A stretch of 64,000 bases of DNA, taken from assembly GCA_037441675.1 (NCBI GenBank), contig JBBIRS010000005.1, forward strand, positions 94,731 to 158,730, given 5' to 3'. The notes beneath the pieces are model-generated. The model did not search any database. It was not told the origin of the DNA and saw nothing but the letters and a program-made list of their open reading frames with translations. Positions 9,348 through 18,438 of this stretch are shown here, in pieces. A program made the position numbers and the translations under genes. How positions within the stretch are numbered: the stretch's first letter is position 1; every line of letters starts with the position of its first letter. This DNA is from Planctomycetales bacterium. Lineage in GTDB: Bacteria; 4484-113.

Positions 9348-10436
9348 CTATGATAGGATCTTTTCCACCTCGCGGATAACTCGGTTTGGCGTAATACCTA
9401 CGCCGGGTCTAAAGAGTCCATGCAACTCCTTACACTCGCCGAACAGATTCATTCTCACAAGGTCTGCTAATTGACCGTAGGCTGATTCAACGATTAGTAT
9501 CTTATCTGCATTTTTAATTGCTACGCGCAATTGCTTTTGCGGAAATGGAGCAAGCGTTATTGGACGGAAAAAACCCACCTTGTAGCCCCTCTCTCTAAGA
9601 AGTCTAACCGCCTCCCTGCATCCTCTTCCGACAATTCCGTGACCTATGACTACAAGCTCCGCATCCTCTGTGGAATTCATTTCAGCTTCTGCAATTTCGT
9701 CTCTGACTGAGTTATAAGCGTCAATTATCTCATTTAGGGCAACCTCTAACTCTTCTTCTACGCTAAAGGTATTCCTCCAGTGCTTTGGGATTCTTCCTTC
9801 CTTGAATGAGCCAGCCCTGCCTACGTATGCTTCCGGCTCTACCATTTCAACACCATGCACGGAAGGGTCGTATAGGGTTACACTTTCCCTCATTTGTCCT
9901 TGATAACCATCGGATAAGACAAAAGTGGGAAAACGGTACTTCCAAGCTGAATTAAATGCCTTTAATGTGTAATCAAATAAATCTTGGTGACCACTTGTTG
10001 AGTAGACTATCCTTAGCCCTTCACCATTTCCGCCATGAACAGCAAGAAAGACTTCCTGTTGAGAGTAAATTACAGTGGCTGTACTGGGACCTCCCCGTTG
10101 AACCAAAATAGCTACTATTGGAAGTCTCATCATTTCAGCCATTGAGAAAGCGTCTTGCATAATCACGTGGCCTGGACCTGATGTGGCGGTGAACGCCCTG
10201 TATCCCCCCATAACTGCACCAATAGTTGTAAAGCCAGCGGAAATTTCATCCTCAGTTTGCATAAAAAGCCTGCCATACTTCGGGGCAAGCCTCGCCCAGT
10301 AATGCATCACCTGGTTTTGGGGAGTAATAGGATAACCGAACATTGCCTTTGCGTTAGCTGCAAGCGCTGCCCAGGCAACTACCTCGTTTCCCATCATAAA
10401 AGCTTGGCGTTCGCCCTCTATTGGTTTCTCAGACAT
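9348..10436 (-). CDS. 2-oxoacid:ferredoxin oxidoreductase alpha subunit
   Basis: GNE, GYPITPQ, EDEISA, TATSGPG, QRGGPST motifs. Confidence 0.95.
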   Translation of the reverse strand: MSEKPIEGERQAFMMGNEVVAWAALAANAKAMFGYPITPQNQVMHYWARLAPKYGRLFMQTEDEISAGFTTIGAVMGGYRAFTATSGPGHVIMQDAFSMAEMMRLPIVAILVQRGGPSTATVIYSQQEVFLAVHGGNGEGLRIVYSTSGHQDLFDYTLKAFNSAWKYRFPTFVLSDGYQGQMRESVTLYDPSVHGVEMVEPEAYVGRAGSFKEGRIPKHWRNTFSVEEELEVALNEIIDAYNSVRDEIAEAEMNSTEDAELVVIGHGIVGRGCREAVRLLRERGYKVGFFRPITLAPFPQKQLRVAIKNADKILIVESAYGQLADLVRMNLFGECKELHGLFRPGVGITPNRVIREVEKILS

Positions 10437-10575
10437 GGTGTCATTATATTATGTGAAATTTGTTACAAATATTATACCCAGCGGTCTTCTTTACTCTTTT
10501 ATAGTAACATCTTTTTTATCTTATTTCAAACTTTCCCTTCTCAAAAACGTCGCATTCAGGTAGAATTCACCTGCA

Positions 10576-11229
10576 GTGCTATTGGTGCGGTCTTTTACGG
10601 TTGGTCCCCTTTACAATAACTGTTATGTCATTTGGGACGACGTATCTTTTGAGTGCGCGTTTGTTGATGCGCCCATTGGAGCTGAAGTTGTGGTTGATTT
10701 TGTAAACTCGTTAAAGCTTTCACCAAAATATCTAATAAATACCCATTGCCACTTTGACCACGTTTTTAACAACAGCTTTTTCAAAGAGAGATTCAACCTA
10801 AAGCTTGCCTACCATAAGAATGACGAGCTTTTGTTAATGCGAATGGTTGAAACTGCGGAAAGCTTTGGCTATATCGGCGTAAAAACTTCCCACACCGCTG
10901 ATATTTATTTGAAAGAAGGAGATACCATCAGCCTTGGTGGAGAAACGATCAGGATAATTGAGACACCTGGTCATTCACCTGGAAGCATAACATTGCTCAC
11001 TACTCAAAGGGCGTTCGTTGGAGATGTTCTCTTCAATGGAGGAATTGGCCGTTACGATTTACCGGGGGCAAATCCCCATGACCTTTACCATTCGCTAGTG
11101 GATAAGCTCTTTACACTGCCCAGTGAGACTATCGTTTTACCAGGTCACGGAGAAGCTACAACGATAGGAGCGGAAAAAGAAGATAACCCATTTGTTGAAT
11201 ACTTGCTATCAGAGCTAGGTCAAATTTGA
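10576..11229 (+). CDS. MBL-fold metallo-hydrolase (glyoxalase II-like)
   Basis: THCHFDH, TPGHSPGS, GDVLF, PGHG motifs. Confidence 0.92.
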   Translation: MLLVRSFTVGPLYNNCYVIWDDVSFECAFVDAPIGAEVVVDFVNSLKLSPKYLINTHCHFDHVFNNSFFKERFNLKLAYHKNDELLLMRMVETAESFGYIGVKTSHTADIYLKEGDTISLGGETIRIIETPGHSPGSITLLTTQRAFVGDVLFNGGIGRYDLPGANPHDLYHSLVDKLFTLPSETIVLPGHGEATTIGAEKEDNPFVEYLLSELGQI

Positions 11230-11265
11230 TTTTTCCTGTTCTTTAGTGCCTTGCCTGTGGAGTTG

Positions 11266-12180
11266 CTAACTTCTTTGCTGATAAAACTGTAATAAAACTT
11301 CCCTAGCGATACTTCTTCCTGTTGCTTGGGAAATCCCAATAAGTCCTGGGCTAGCATTTACTTCCAAAATGTAAGTTCGCTCCTTTGTTTTTAGCATATC
11401 GACGCCACATAACCCCAAGCCGAATAGGCGAGAGACCTTTTCCGCCAATTTCACCTCTTCCTTCTGCGGAATATAAGGTGTAGGTTTAGCGCCCAGATGA
11501 ACATTACCGCGATACTCTCCTTTCTGAACTCGTTTCTCCATCGCCGCTAAAACCTTGCCCTTTACCACTAAGAACCGTAAATCTTTTTTACCACGCTCGC
11601 CAATGAACTTTTCAAGATAAACGTCATAACCGAGCCTGTTAAAAGCGTTAATTAGGGCTGAAGCGCTCGTGGAGTCAGTTGTTTTCATAACCCCAAGCCC
11701 TTGACTTCCCCGAATGAATTTCACAAGAATGGGGTTTCCACCCATTTCCGCAATTTCCCTCTTGAGGCTTAATGGTTCTCGGATGAAAGAGAAAGGCAAA
11801 ACATTTATCTTCGCCTGAAGCATTTCTAAAAGTGCGTTCAACTTGTTTCTAACTCTAACTAATGAGGAGTATGAATTTACAAGGGTAAATCCGGCAACTT
11901 CCATCGCCAGGACTATGCTCATGGTGAATTCGTCACTGATTGAGCCAACCCTTGGGATAACCAATGCGGGTGGAGAGAGGGCAGTTCTCCCAGTAAGTTC
12001 ATCCTCTAGGTAAAATCTCAGTTGATTGTCTTTGATTGTTTTGGGTTTATTTCCGTGAATAATACTAACAGCTTCAGAGTTCAGTGCAAGGGCGGGGATT
12101 GACAATTCTTCCGCACCTTTTAGGAGCGCCTTGACGGAGGGAAGATCTGGGTCAGAGGTAAGTATGAATAGAGGCTTCAC
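11266..12180 (-). CDS. RimK-family ATP-grasp ligase
   Basis: GSQGLGV, DLRFLVV, YRGNVHLGA, LEVNASPG motifs. Confidence 0.9.
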   Translation of the reverse strand: MKPLFILTSDPDLPSVKALLKGAEELSIPALALNSEAVSIIHGNKPKTIKDNQLRFYLEDELTGRTALSPPALVIPRVGSISDEFTMSIVLAMEVAGFTLVNSYSSLVRVRNKLNALLEMLQAKINVLPFSFIREPLSLKREIAEMGGNPILVKFIRGSQGLGVMKTTDSTSASALINAFNRLGYDVYLEKFIGERGKKDLRFLVVKGKVLAAMEKRVQKGEYRGNVHLGAKPTPYIPQKEEVKLAEKVSRLFGLGLCGVDMLKTKERTYILEVNASPGLIGISQATGRSIAREVLLQFYQQRS

Positions 12181-12260
12181 GTGTTAAATAACAATCTATC
12201 TTTAGGTTTGACAATTGCTAGATAGGTAATAAGCCTTTTCTAAACTTATCTAGCCTTTGG

Positions 12261-12578
12261 TTATGATGTCTTTTCTTTCTCTCCTTGTTCCTCTAAAAGT
12301 TTCTCCTTTGTGCTCTTTACAACAGTTTGCACCGCGCTCTTTACCCGCTCAAATGTTTCTCCCACCTTCTCTTTACCAACCTCAAACCCTTCCTTCATTT
12401 TCTCCTTTGCCAAGCCGAGATATTCTCCCCCCTTCTCTTTCAGTTCACTTCTTAGCTCTTTTCCAGATTTAGGGGCAAATAACAAGCCAAGAATAGTACC
12501 AGTTATTGCGCCAAGCGCGAAGCCGGCAACAAGTAGCCCAATACTTCTTCCTGTTTCTTCTTCATGCTTTTCATCCAT
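12261..12578 (-). CDS. YtxH-domain protein
   Basis: GFALGAITGTILGLLFAPKSGKELR signature. Confidence 0.9.
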   Translation of the reverse strand: MDEKHEEETGRSIGLLVAGFALGAITGTILGLLFAPKSGKELRSELKEKGGEYLGLAKEKMKEGFEVGKEKVGETFERVKSAVQTVVKSTKEKLLEEQGEKEKTS

Positions 12579-12716
12579 TGAATTTTCTTCCTCCTTTTTT
12601 TATCCAGTACGATTATAGCATAGGGCAGGTTAGAAAGTGCGTACTGTTTGTGAGTTGAAGGATTAGGTTTAACGTTTGGTAGAGATAACTATTATGGTTA
12701 AGTTGCTGATTTTTCA

Positions 12717-13169
12717 TTATCTTTGTTTTCGCCCATCTAAACCATCAGACGGGGTAGGTTTCGTTAATTCTCTCCAGCCTAGCGAAATTCCATAAGCTAG
12801 TGCGGAAAGGAAATTTTTCACATTCGAGCTTTTATCAAGGATGGACTTAGTGCCTTCGCCAATAAAATCTCCAACCGCTCTTCCAACAACGCGAGGTGCG
12901 GATGTGTAAGCTGAAATACTTGACAGTATTTGTTTAGCTTCATCAAGGGTTTCCCTGGCTTCTGTCAGCAACCCACTAACTCTCTTTGGTATGTTTTCAT
13001 CCCGTGCTATGCTGGATAGATAACTGAGATTCTCCACTGTCTTGGAAAAGTTCTGATGGACGCTTCTTAGAGCATTCACCAAGAGAAACGCAACTACGCA
13101 GATTCCTGCTAAGGCTAAAGTTTGAATAATAAGCAAAAAGAGCATCGCAATTTCCATAACTCCTAGCAT
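12717..13169 (-). CDS. Membrane-anchored coiled-coil protein (DUF948/YtxG-like)
   Basis: N-terminal TM helix plus amphipathic helices, directly upstream of ytxH-like gene. Confidence 0.6.
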   Translation of the reverse strand: MLGVMEIAMLFLLIIQTLALAGICVVAFLLVNALRSVHQNFSKTVENLSYLSSIARDENIPKRVSGLLTEARETLDEAKQILSSISAYTSAPRVVGRAVGDFIGEGTKSILDKSSNVKNFLSALAYGISLGWRELTKPTPSDGLDGRKQR

Positions 13170-13272
13170 TATACACCGCTTTTTTAATATGCTAAAATAT
13201 TGGGGTTAGCTTTGGTTGCAAGCTATGAAGTTGCATTAAACGAATAAACCTGCGATTATTTCGGGAAACAGT

Positions 13273-13926
13273 ATGAAGCTTTTAATTGGCAGTGACTTGC
13301 ATAATAGCGCAAAGGGGTTGCACTGGTTCTTGAAGTTAGCGGAGCAGGAGAATCCTGATGTTGTGATTTTCTTAGGTGATTTTATAACCTTTGAACCAGT
13401 AAGCTTCGCTAGGCAAGCGATAAGGGATTTTTCAGGCTTAGCTGAAAATGTGCTGATTATTCCCGGTAACTGTGATCAACGGGATATACTTTTGGACATA
13501 GACAAAGATAATCACGTAACTAACCTTCACAACACAAGCGTGGTTATCTCAGGGCACAAGTTTACCGGCAAGGGAGGCTCAGTGACGTGCCCAAGCCCAA
13601 CGCCGTTTGAGGATTCTGATGAGCATTTTGCAGACTCGCTTGTCCCTTTAATAGAAGGAACTGAAGTTCTTGTACTGCATCAACCAATTTACGGATTTAG
13701 AGATAGGGTGTCTGGAGAAAAGCACGTTGGTAGTTTGAGTTTGCGGAACTTGATTGATATTCATTCTCCAAGATTAGTCCTCTCAGGACACATTCATGAG
13801 GCAAAGGGGTTGGATGTATACAAAGGAACTCACTTTGTGAATCCAGGACCTCTACTTGAACTCAATTCCGCTATTATTGAGACAGCAAGTAGCATCAAGG
13901 TAAGTTTTCTAAAGGGCGAGATGTGA
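13273..13926 (+). CDS. Calcineurin-like metallophosphoesterase
   Basis: SDLH, GD, PGNCD, HQP, SGHIHE, NPG motifs. Confidence 0.92.
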   Translation: MKLLIGSDLHNSAKGLHWFLKLAEQENPDVVIFLGDFITFEPVSFARQAIRDFSGLAENVLIIPGNCDQRDILLDIDKDNHVTNLHNTSVVISGHKFTGKGGSVTCPSPTPFEDSDEHFADSLVPLIEGTEVLVLHQPIYGFRDRVSGEKHVGSLSLRNLIDIHSPRLVLSGHIHEAKGLDVYKGTHFVNPGPLLELNSAIIETASSIKVSFLKGEM

Positions 13927-14333
13927 AAGAGGAATCTCCTTCTCCTGAAAGTCCACTCTCAGATATCTTAAAAGATTACTGGTCAAAGCTACCCCACACA
14001 GTAAAGGAGGAGGTGGAAAAGCTAAGAATTCTAAGCAGGATTTACTATCAATTTCCAGAAAGTCTCCAAAGGCACTGTGTGCCAGCCTATCTTTATGAGG
14101 CAATATCAATCAAGAATGAAGGAAGTCAATCAAGGAGGGTTCTAGTCGTATACGCAGATACTTCAACAGCTATGATGGCATTCAAGGTATTGGCAAACAC
14201 GCTTATTAGGAATTTAAGAGAAACCGAGAGAATTGAGATTGATGATGTTAAACTGCTCCTGCGCCCCAGAAGCGAGATTGAAATTGTCTGCAACACTTTG
14301 CTCTCTAGGGAGGAGTGTAACGATGAGGGCTGA
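13923..14333 (+). CDS. Hypothetical protein, possibly DciA/DUF721-like
   Basis: VLVVYADTSTAMMAFKVLANTLIRNL...IDDVKLLL resembles the DUF721 pattern. Confidence 0.45.
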   Translation: MKEESPSPESPLSDILKDYWSKLPHTVKEEVEKLRILSRIYYQFPESLQRHCVPAYLYEAISIKNEGSQSRRVLVVYADTSTAMMAFKVLANTLIRNLRETERIEIDDVKLLLRPRSEIEIVCNTLLSREECNDEG

Positions 14334-14424
14334 TGGATGCTTCAGGGCTAATTTGGATTAAGTTAACTCACGATACACAAGGGATAATCAAGGACGGATC
14401 CGAAAAATATATATAATATATATT

Positions 14425-14468
14425 ATGAGAATATGTCGCATTCATATATGAGATATATTCTCATTATC
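14425..14468. promoter_or_regulatory. Tandem Fur-family-like operator boxes upstream of Nramp gene
   Basis: ATGAGAATATGTCGCAT and ATGAGATATATTCTCAT(TATC), each quasi-palindromic and inverted copies of each other. Confidence 0.55.
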
Positions 14469-14544
14469 TTTATGTTTCGTTATAATAATCAACTGAACTA
14501 TTCTAGAAAACCTCAATAATTTTTAATCGGAATACTAAATAGCC

Positions 14545-16428
14545 ATGAGCAAAGTATTTGAGCGTGCAGAAGATGTTTCTCTCTCGGAGGTTTATGAGAC
14601 GGTGCGAGTGCCCCTATTTGGGCACTGGTGGAAAAGGCTATTCTCTTTTCTAGGGCCTGCCTATCTCGTTTCTGTTGGTTATATGGACCCTGGCAACTGG
14701 GCAACGGATTTGGAGGGCGGTGCACGGTTTGGCTACAAGCTTATCTGGATTCTCTTGATGAGCAATCTAATGGCGATACTTCTTCAAACGCTTTCCGCGC
14801 GTATGGGAATTTTCACCCGTCGTGATTTGGCTCAAGCTTGCCGTGAGTATTACCCTCCCATTGTCGCTTATCCGCTTTGGATTTTTGCGGAGCTTGCCAT
14901 TGTAGCTACAGATTTAGCAGAGGTTTTGGGAACTGCCATTGGCTTGAACCTTCTTTTTGGGATTCCACTCCTATGGGGAATTGTTATAACCGCGGGCGAT
15001 ACGTTGCTTCTACTTCTTATTCAGCGCTGGGGCATTAGGAAAATGGAGGCTTTTATTCTTAGTTTGGTCAGTACCATTGGTGCGTGTTATGTGATTGAGA
15101 TTTTCCTTTCCAAGCCTGACTTTTCCGAGCTATTCAAGGGATTTGTCCCATCGATAGACAGCCAAAGTCTTTATGTTGCTTTAGGAATGCTTGGTGCAAC
15201 GGTAATGCCACACAACCTTTATCTTCATTCTGCATTGGTTCAAAGCAGAGCGGTTGAACGAGACGAGAAAAGTTTGAAAATGGCAGCTCGTTTTAATTTG
15301 GCAGACACAATCATTGCCCTCAACGCTGCTTTTTTCGTAAATGCGGCGATTTTGACCCTATCTTCTGCGGTGTTTCATTCAGCGGGAGTAGAGGTAACAG
15401 AACTTCAGCAAGCTTATGAGCTTCTCACTCCCCTTCTGGGAACTACTTTGGCTTCCACTTCGTTTGCGATTGCACTTCTAGCGGCAGGGCAGTCCTCAAC
15501 TCTCACAGGCACTTTGGCGGGGCAGATAGTTATGGAAGGTTTCATCAGGTTCAAGATGCAGCCATGGGCAAGAAGACTTCTCTCTCGCTCCCTTGCTATT
15601 ATTCCTGCGGTGATAGTCATTGGCACTACCGGAAGCGAGGGAACCTATCGCCTCCTGATACTCTCGCAGGTTGTACTATCGCTTCAACTGCCTTTTGCCA
15701 TCGTGCCACTTATCCAGTTTACGAGCGATAAAGATCGTATGGGCAAGTATGCAAATCCTCTATGGATTAAGCTTATTGCATGGATGGTGGCTGGAACCAT
15801 CATTGCCCTTAATGGTTGGCTGGCATGGCAGGTTGTTTCTGAATGGAGAAGGGCTGGTCATTGGGTGGACTTTGTCGCATTCCCAATTCTTTCCGCTTTG
15901 ATGTTACTATTATCTTATATGGCATTCCGTCCGTGGTTCAGAAAGCTCTTTGAGAGTAGAGTTGTCAAATCTCCAGTTGCGACTCTCCCTAAAGATTTTT
16001 CATCGCACAGCTACAAGAAAGTGGGAGTTGCGTTGGAGGTTAAGGACACCGACTTAAAGATTCTGGAGCACGCTTTGCCGTTTGCAGCGGAATGCGATGC
16101 GGAAATTGTGCTTATCCACGTGGTTGAGAGCGCCACTGCCCAAGTGTATAATAGGACAGCGGAGGACAAGGAAAGACTGGAGGATGAAGCATACTTGAAT
16201 GAGCTTGCGGAAAAGCTGAGAGAGAAAGGGTTTAAGGCGAGGGTAAGGATTGGCTTTGGAAATGCAGCAAAAAGTGTCGTGGAGATTTCAAAGGACGAGA
16301 AGCTTGACCTTCTCGTTCTAGGAAGTCACGGGCACAAGGCGCTTGCTGATTGGATTTTCGGCTCAACCGTGGCGATTGTTCAGCACTACATCGGCAGTAT
16401 CCCCATACTTGTGGTCAAAGGAACCTAG
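14545..16428 (+). CDS. mntH: Nramp divalent metal transporter with C-terminal universal-stress-protein domain
   Basis: YMDPGNW, MPHNLYLHS motifs; C-terminal LIHVVE...LGSHGH...FGST USP pattern. Confidence 0.95.
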   Translation: MSKVFERAEDVSLSEVYETVRVPLFGHWWKRLFSFLGPAYLVSVGYMDPGNWATDLEGGARFGYKLIWILLMSNLMAILLQTLSARMGIFTRRDLAQACREYYPPIVAYPLWIFAELAIVATDLAEVLGTAIGLNLLFGIPLLWGIVITAGDTLLLLLIQRWGIRKMEAFILSLVSTIGACYVIEIFLSKPDFSELFKGFVPSIDSQSLYVALGMLGATVMPHNLYLHSALVQSRAVERDEKSLKMAARFNLADTIIALNAAFFVNAAILTLSSAVFHSAGVEVTELQQAYELLTPLLGTTLASTSFAIALLAAGQSSTLTGTLAGQIVMEGFIRFKMQPWARRLLSRSLAIIPAVIVIGTTGSEGTYRLLILSQVVLSLQLPFAIVPLIQFTSDKDRMGKYANPLWIKLIAWMVAGTIIALNGWLAWQVVSEWRRAGHWVDFVAFPILSALMLLLSYMAFRPWFRKLFESRVVKSPVATLPKDFSSHSYKKVGVALEVKDTDLKILEHALPFAAECDAEIVLIHVVESATAQVYNRTAEDKERLEDEAYLNELAEKLREKGFKARVRIGFGNAAKSVVEISKDEKLDLLVLGSHGHKALADWIFGSTVAIVQHYIGSIPILVVKGT

Positions 16429-16473
16429 TGCGATTTAGTTTCGCGCGGTAGTACTATTTTACTGCGAAAGCTG

Positions 16474-16500
16474 GAGGGGCTCAGTTTACTAAAGCCCCTC
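16474..16500. terminator. Hairpin between convergent genes, likely terminator
   Basis: GAGGGGCT-N11-AGCCCCTC inverted repeat; no strong U tract. Confidence 0.45.
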
Positions 16501-16532
16501 CCGAGAAAGATGGATATAAAGAGTATCTTTGG

Positions 16533-16798
16533 CTAGATTGGTGTTCCGATGCCTTCGGCGCGGAGTGCCGCTTCATCAATGCCACCGCCTGCGCAACAGC
16601 CTGCGATTTTGCCATTTATCACAATTGCGGGCAGGAGATTTATGCCAAAGCTCTTTGTGCGCTTCGCCACATCCTTCTGAGTTGTGTTATGAATCGTTAC
16701 CTCGCAAGAGGGACGGATAGGCTTTGAACGAGCTTGACTGCATCTTCGCAGATGGGGCATCCCGCAGTGAAAACTTCAACCTTTCTCTTAGCGCTCAA
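16533..16798 (-). pseudogene. Frameshifted small thioredoxin/glutaredoxin-like metal-binding protein
   Basis: AAGGAGGTG RBS then TTG SAKRKVEVFTAGCPICEDAVKLVQSLS; one-base loss near 16716 shifts to PSCEVTI...LPAIVINGKIAGCCAGGGIDEAALRAEGIG. Confidence 0.8.
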
Positions 16799-16860
16799 GT
16801 TATTTCACCTCCTTTTTCTGGGTCAGATATGTTTCTAAGCGCTTAGAATACATTTTTTTG

Positions 16861-17307
16861 TTAGGTGCGATAAATAGGCGAGATAGTCCTAGCAACATTT
16901 TTTCCTCCTTCCATCGCATCAAGGATTGGGCATTCCGAAGCTGGAATTCTCCCGCCTGCGCATTCGCGAGAAAGCTTAGTCAGGACGTTCTTGATTCTAC
17001 GAAGGTCTTTAATCTTTGCCTCTACGGTGGATATCTTCTCGTCAACGCGAGCTTTCAGCTCTGCGCAGGTTGTATGAGGCGAGGAACGCAAATCTAAAAG
17101 CTCCTGAATTTCCTTGAGTGTAAATCCTAAATTCTGGGCGAGTTTTATAAAACGAATGCGCGTAACCACCTCAGAGGGATACTCTCGGTAATTGGAATTT
17201 TCGCTTCTTTGGGGTTCCGCAGTAAGTTCTCGCCTTTCATAAAAAAGCACTGTTTCAAAGTTTACGCCTGCACTTTTTGCAACTTCTCCTATGAAAATTT
17301 TAGCCAT
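16861..17307 (-). CDS. merR: MerR-family heavy-metal-responsive regulator
   Basis: IGEVAKSAGV HTH, RFIKLAQNLGFTLKEI, three Cys (TCAEL, ECAGG, ECPIL) in the Hg/Zn-sensor arrangement. Confidence 0.9.
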   Translation of the reverse strand: MAKIFIGEVAKSAGVNFETVLFYERRELTAEPQRSENSNYREYPSEVVTRIRFIKLAQNLGFTLKEIQELLDLRSSPHTTCAELKARVDEKISTVEAKIKDLRRIKNVLTKLSRECAGGRIPASECPILDAMEGGKNVARTISPIYRT

Positions 17308-17326
17308 ACTTTTTTCACCTTTGTAT

Positions 17327-17358
17327 AGGGTAAAGCCTGTACCTTAGTCTAGAGTCAA
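17327..17358 (-). promoter_or_regulatory. MerR-type long-spacer promoter/operator
   Basis: Minus strand TTGACT-20bp-TACCCT with imperfect dyad CTAGAC-TAAG-GTACAG in the spacer. Confidence 0.7.
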
Positions 17359-17466
17359 TACTTTTTTTTATAAATTTCCTAAAAATTTTTTGATGAGGGC
17401 ATAACGAACCGAAGCCAATTTTTAGGTAGTAGATAGTAAAGATTCTGTTACGAGGGAAAGTTGGAT

Positions 17467-18093
17467 ATGAATCTAAAGGATGAATTGGATAAAGCAATAA
17501 GAAACTGGCAATTACTTAGCCACCCCTTTTACCAATCGTGGAGCAATGGGACTCTACCAATATCAACCTTAAGAACGTATGAACGGGAGTACGGCGCTTT
17601 CATTGAGGAGCTTCCACTAGCGTGGGAGTGTCTTGATGATTTCAAAACAGCTGAAGAGGAAAGAGAACATTTTCTTCTATGGGAAGATTTTGCTCATAGC
17701 CTAGGGACGCACGCGGGATGCGCAATGATACCTGAGGTTGAGGAGCTTATAGAACAAGCAAGAGAATTATATTCAGATAGAGTTACCGCCATTGGTGGGC
17801 TTTACGCCTTTGAGGTTCAACAGCCTCTCACCGCGCAAAGCAAGCTTGAGGGCTTACAAAAACATTATCATATAAGCAAAGCTGGAGAGAAGTATTTTTT
17901 AATACATGCTTCAAATGAGGAAGAGGTAACAAAGATTATAAATCTCGCGGAATTTCTAAAACAGATAGAAGCGAAGAGGTGTGTTCGTGCTGCGTAAAGG
18001 ATGGCGGAGGCACTTTGGAAGTCATTAACTGGAATCCTCAATTCTGAGATGGCAAGCCCTAGCCTTAATTTTGGCTTGTTCTGGAAGAAATGA
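17467..18093 (+). pseudogene. CADD/PqqC/TenA heme-oxygenase-like protein with premature TAA at 17995-17997
   Basis: LLSHPFYQSWSNGTL, EEEREH, LYAFEVQQP, YFLIH; after TAA the frame continues RMAEALWKSLTGI, like the terminal helix of the family. Confidence 0.7.
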
Positions 18094-18237
18094 ATGAGGT
18101 TTCACCTTTCTGATTGAGGTTACTTTTTTTTGTAGCTTTGTCCAGCCTTTTTCTATCCACAAATTTACAGATGCACTTCAGGTTTAACTCGGTCGGGAAA
18201 GGTTTTTGAGCAAGCAAAAAGTGAGCAGAACAAAAGA

Positions 18238-18438
18238 CTAACCACCTCCAACAAGGGTGACAATTTCTATCACGTCACCTTCTTTGAGTTTTTCCGTATC
18301 ATAGTTCCTCTTCTTTACGATATTTAAGTTCCTTTCCACGACACATAGCTTCGGATTGATGCCTAGCCCTGAAAGGAGCTCCGAGACTGTTATTTCATTC
18401 GCGAATTCTCTCACTGTTCCATTAACTTTTAGTTTCAT
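18238..18438 (-). CDS. thiS: Sulfur carrier protein ThiS
   Basis: 66 aa, VNG, VVERN, C-terminal VGGG. Confidence 0.95.
   Translation of the reverse strand: MKLKVNGTVREFANEITVSELLSGLGINPKLCVVERNLNIVKKRNYDTEKLKEGDVIEIVTLVGGG

Noticed and set aside
17389..17420. TGATGAG...CGAA resembling a hammerhead ribozyme core or riboswitch upstream of the CADD-like gene
   Set aside because: Lacks the CUGAUGA/GAAA core and a proper stem II; no riboswitch consensus recognised
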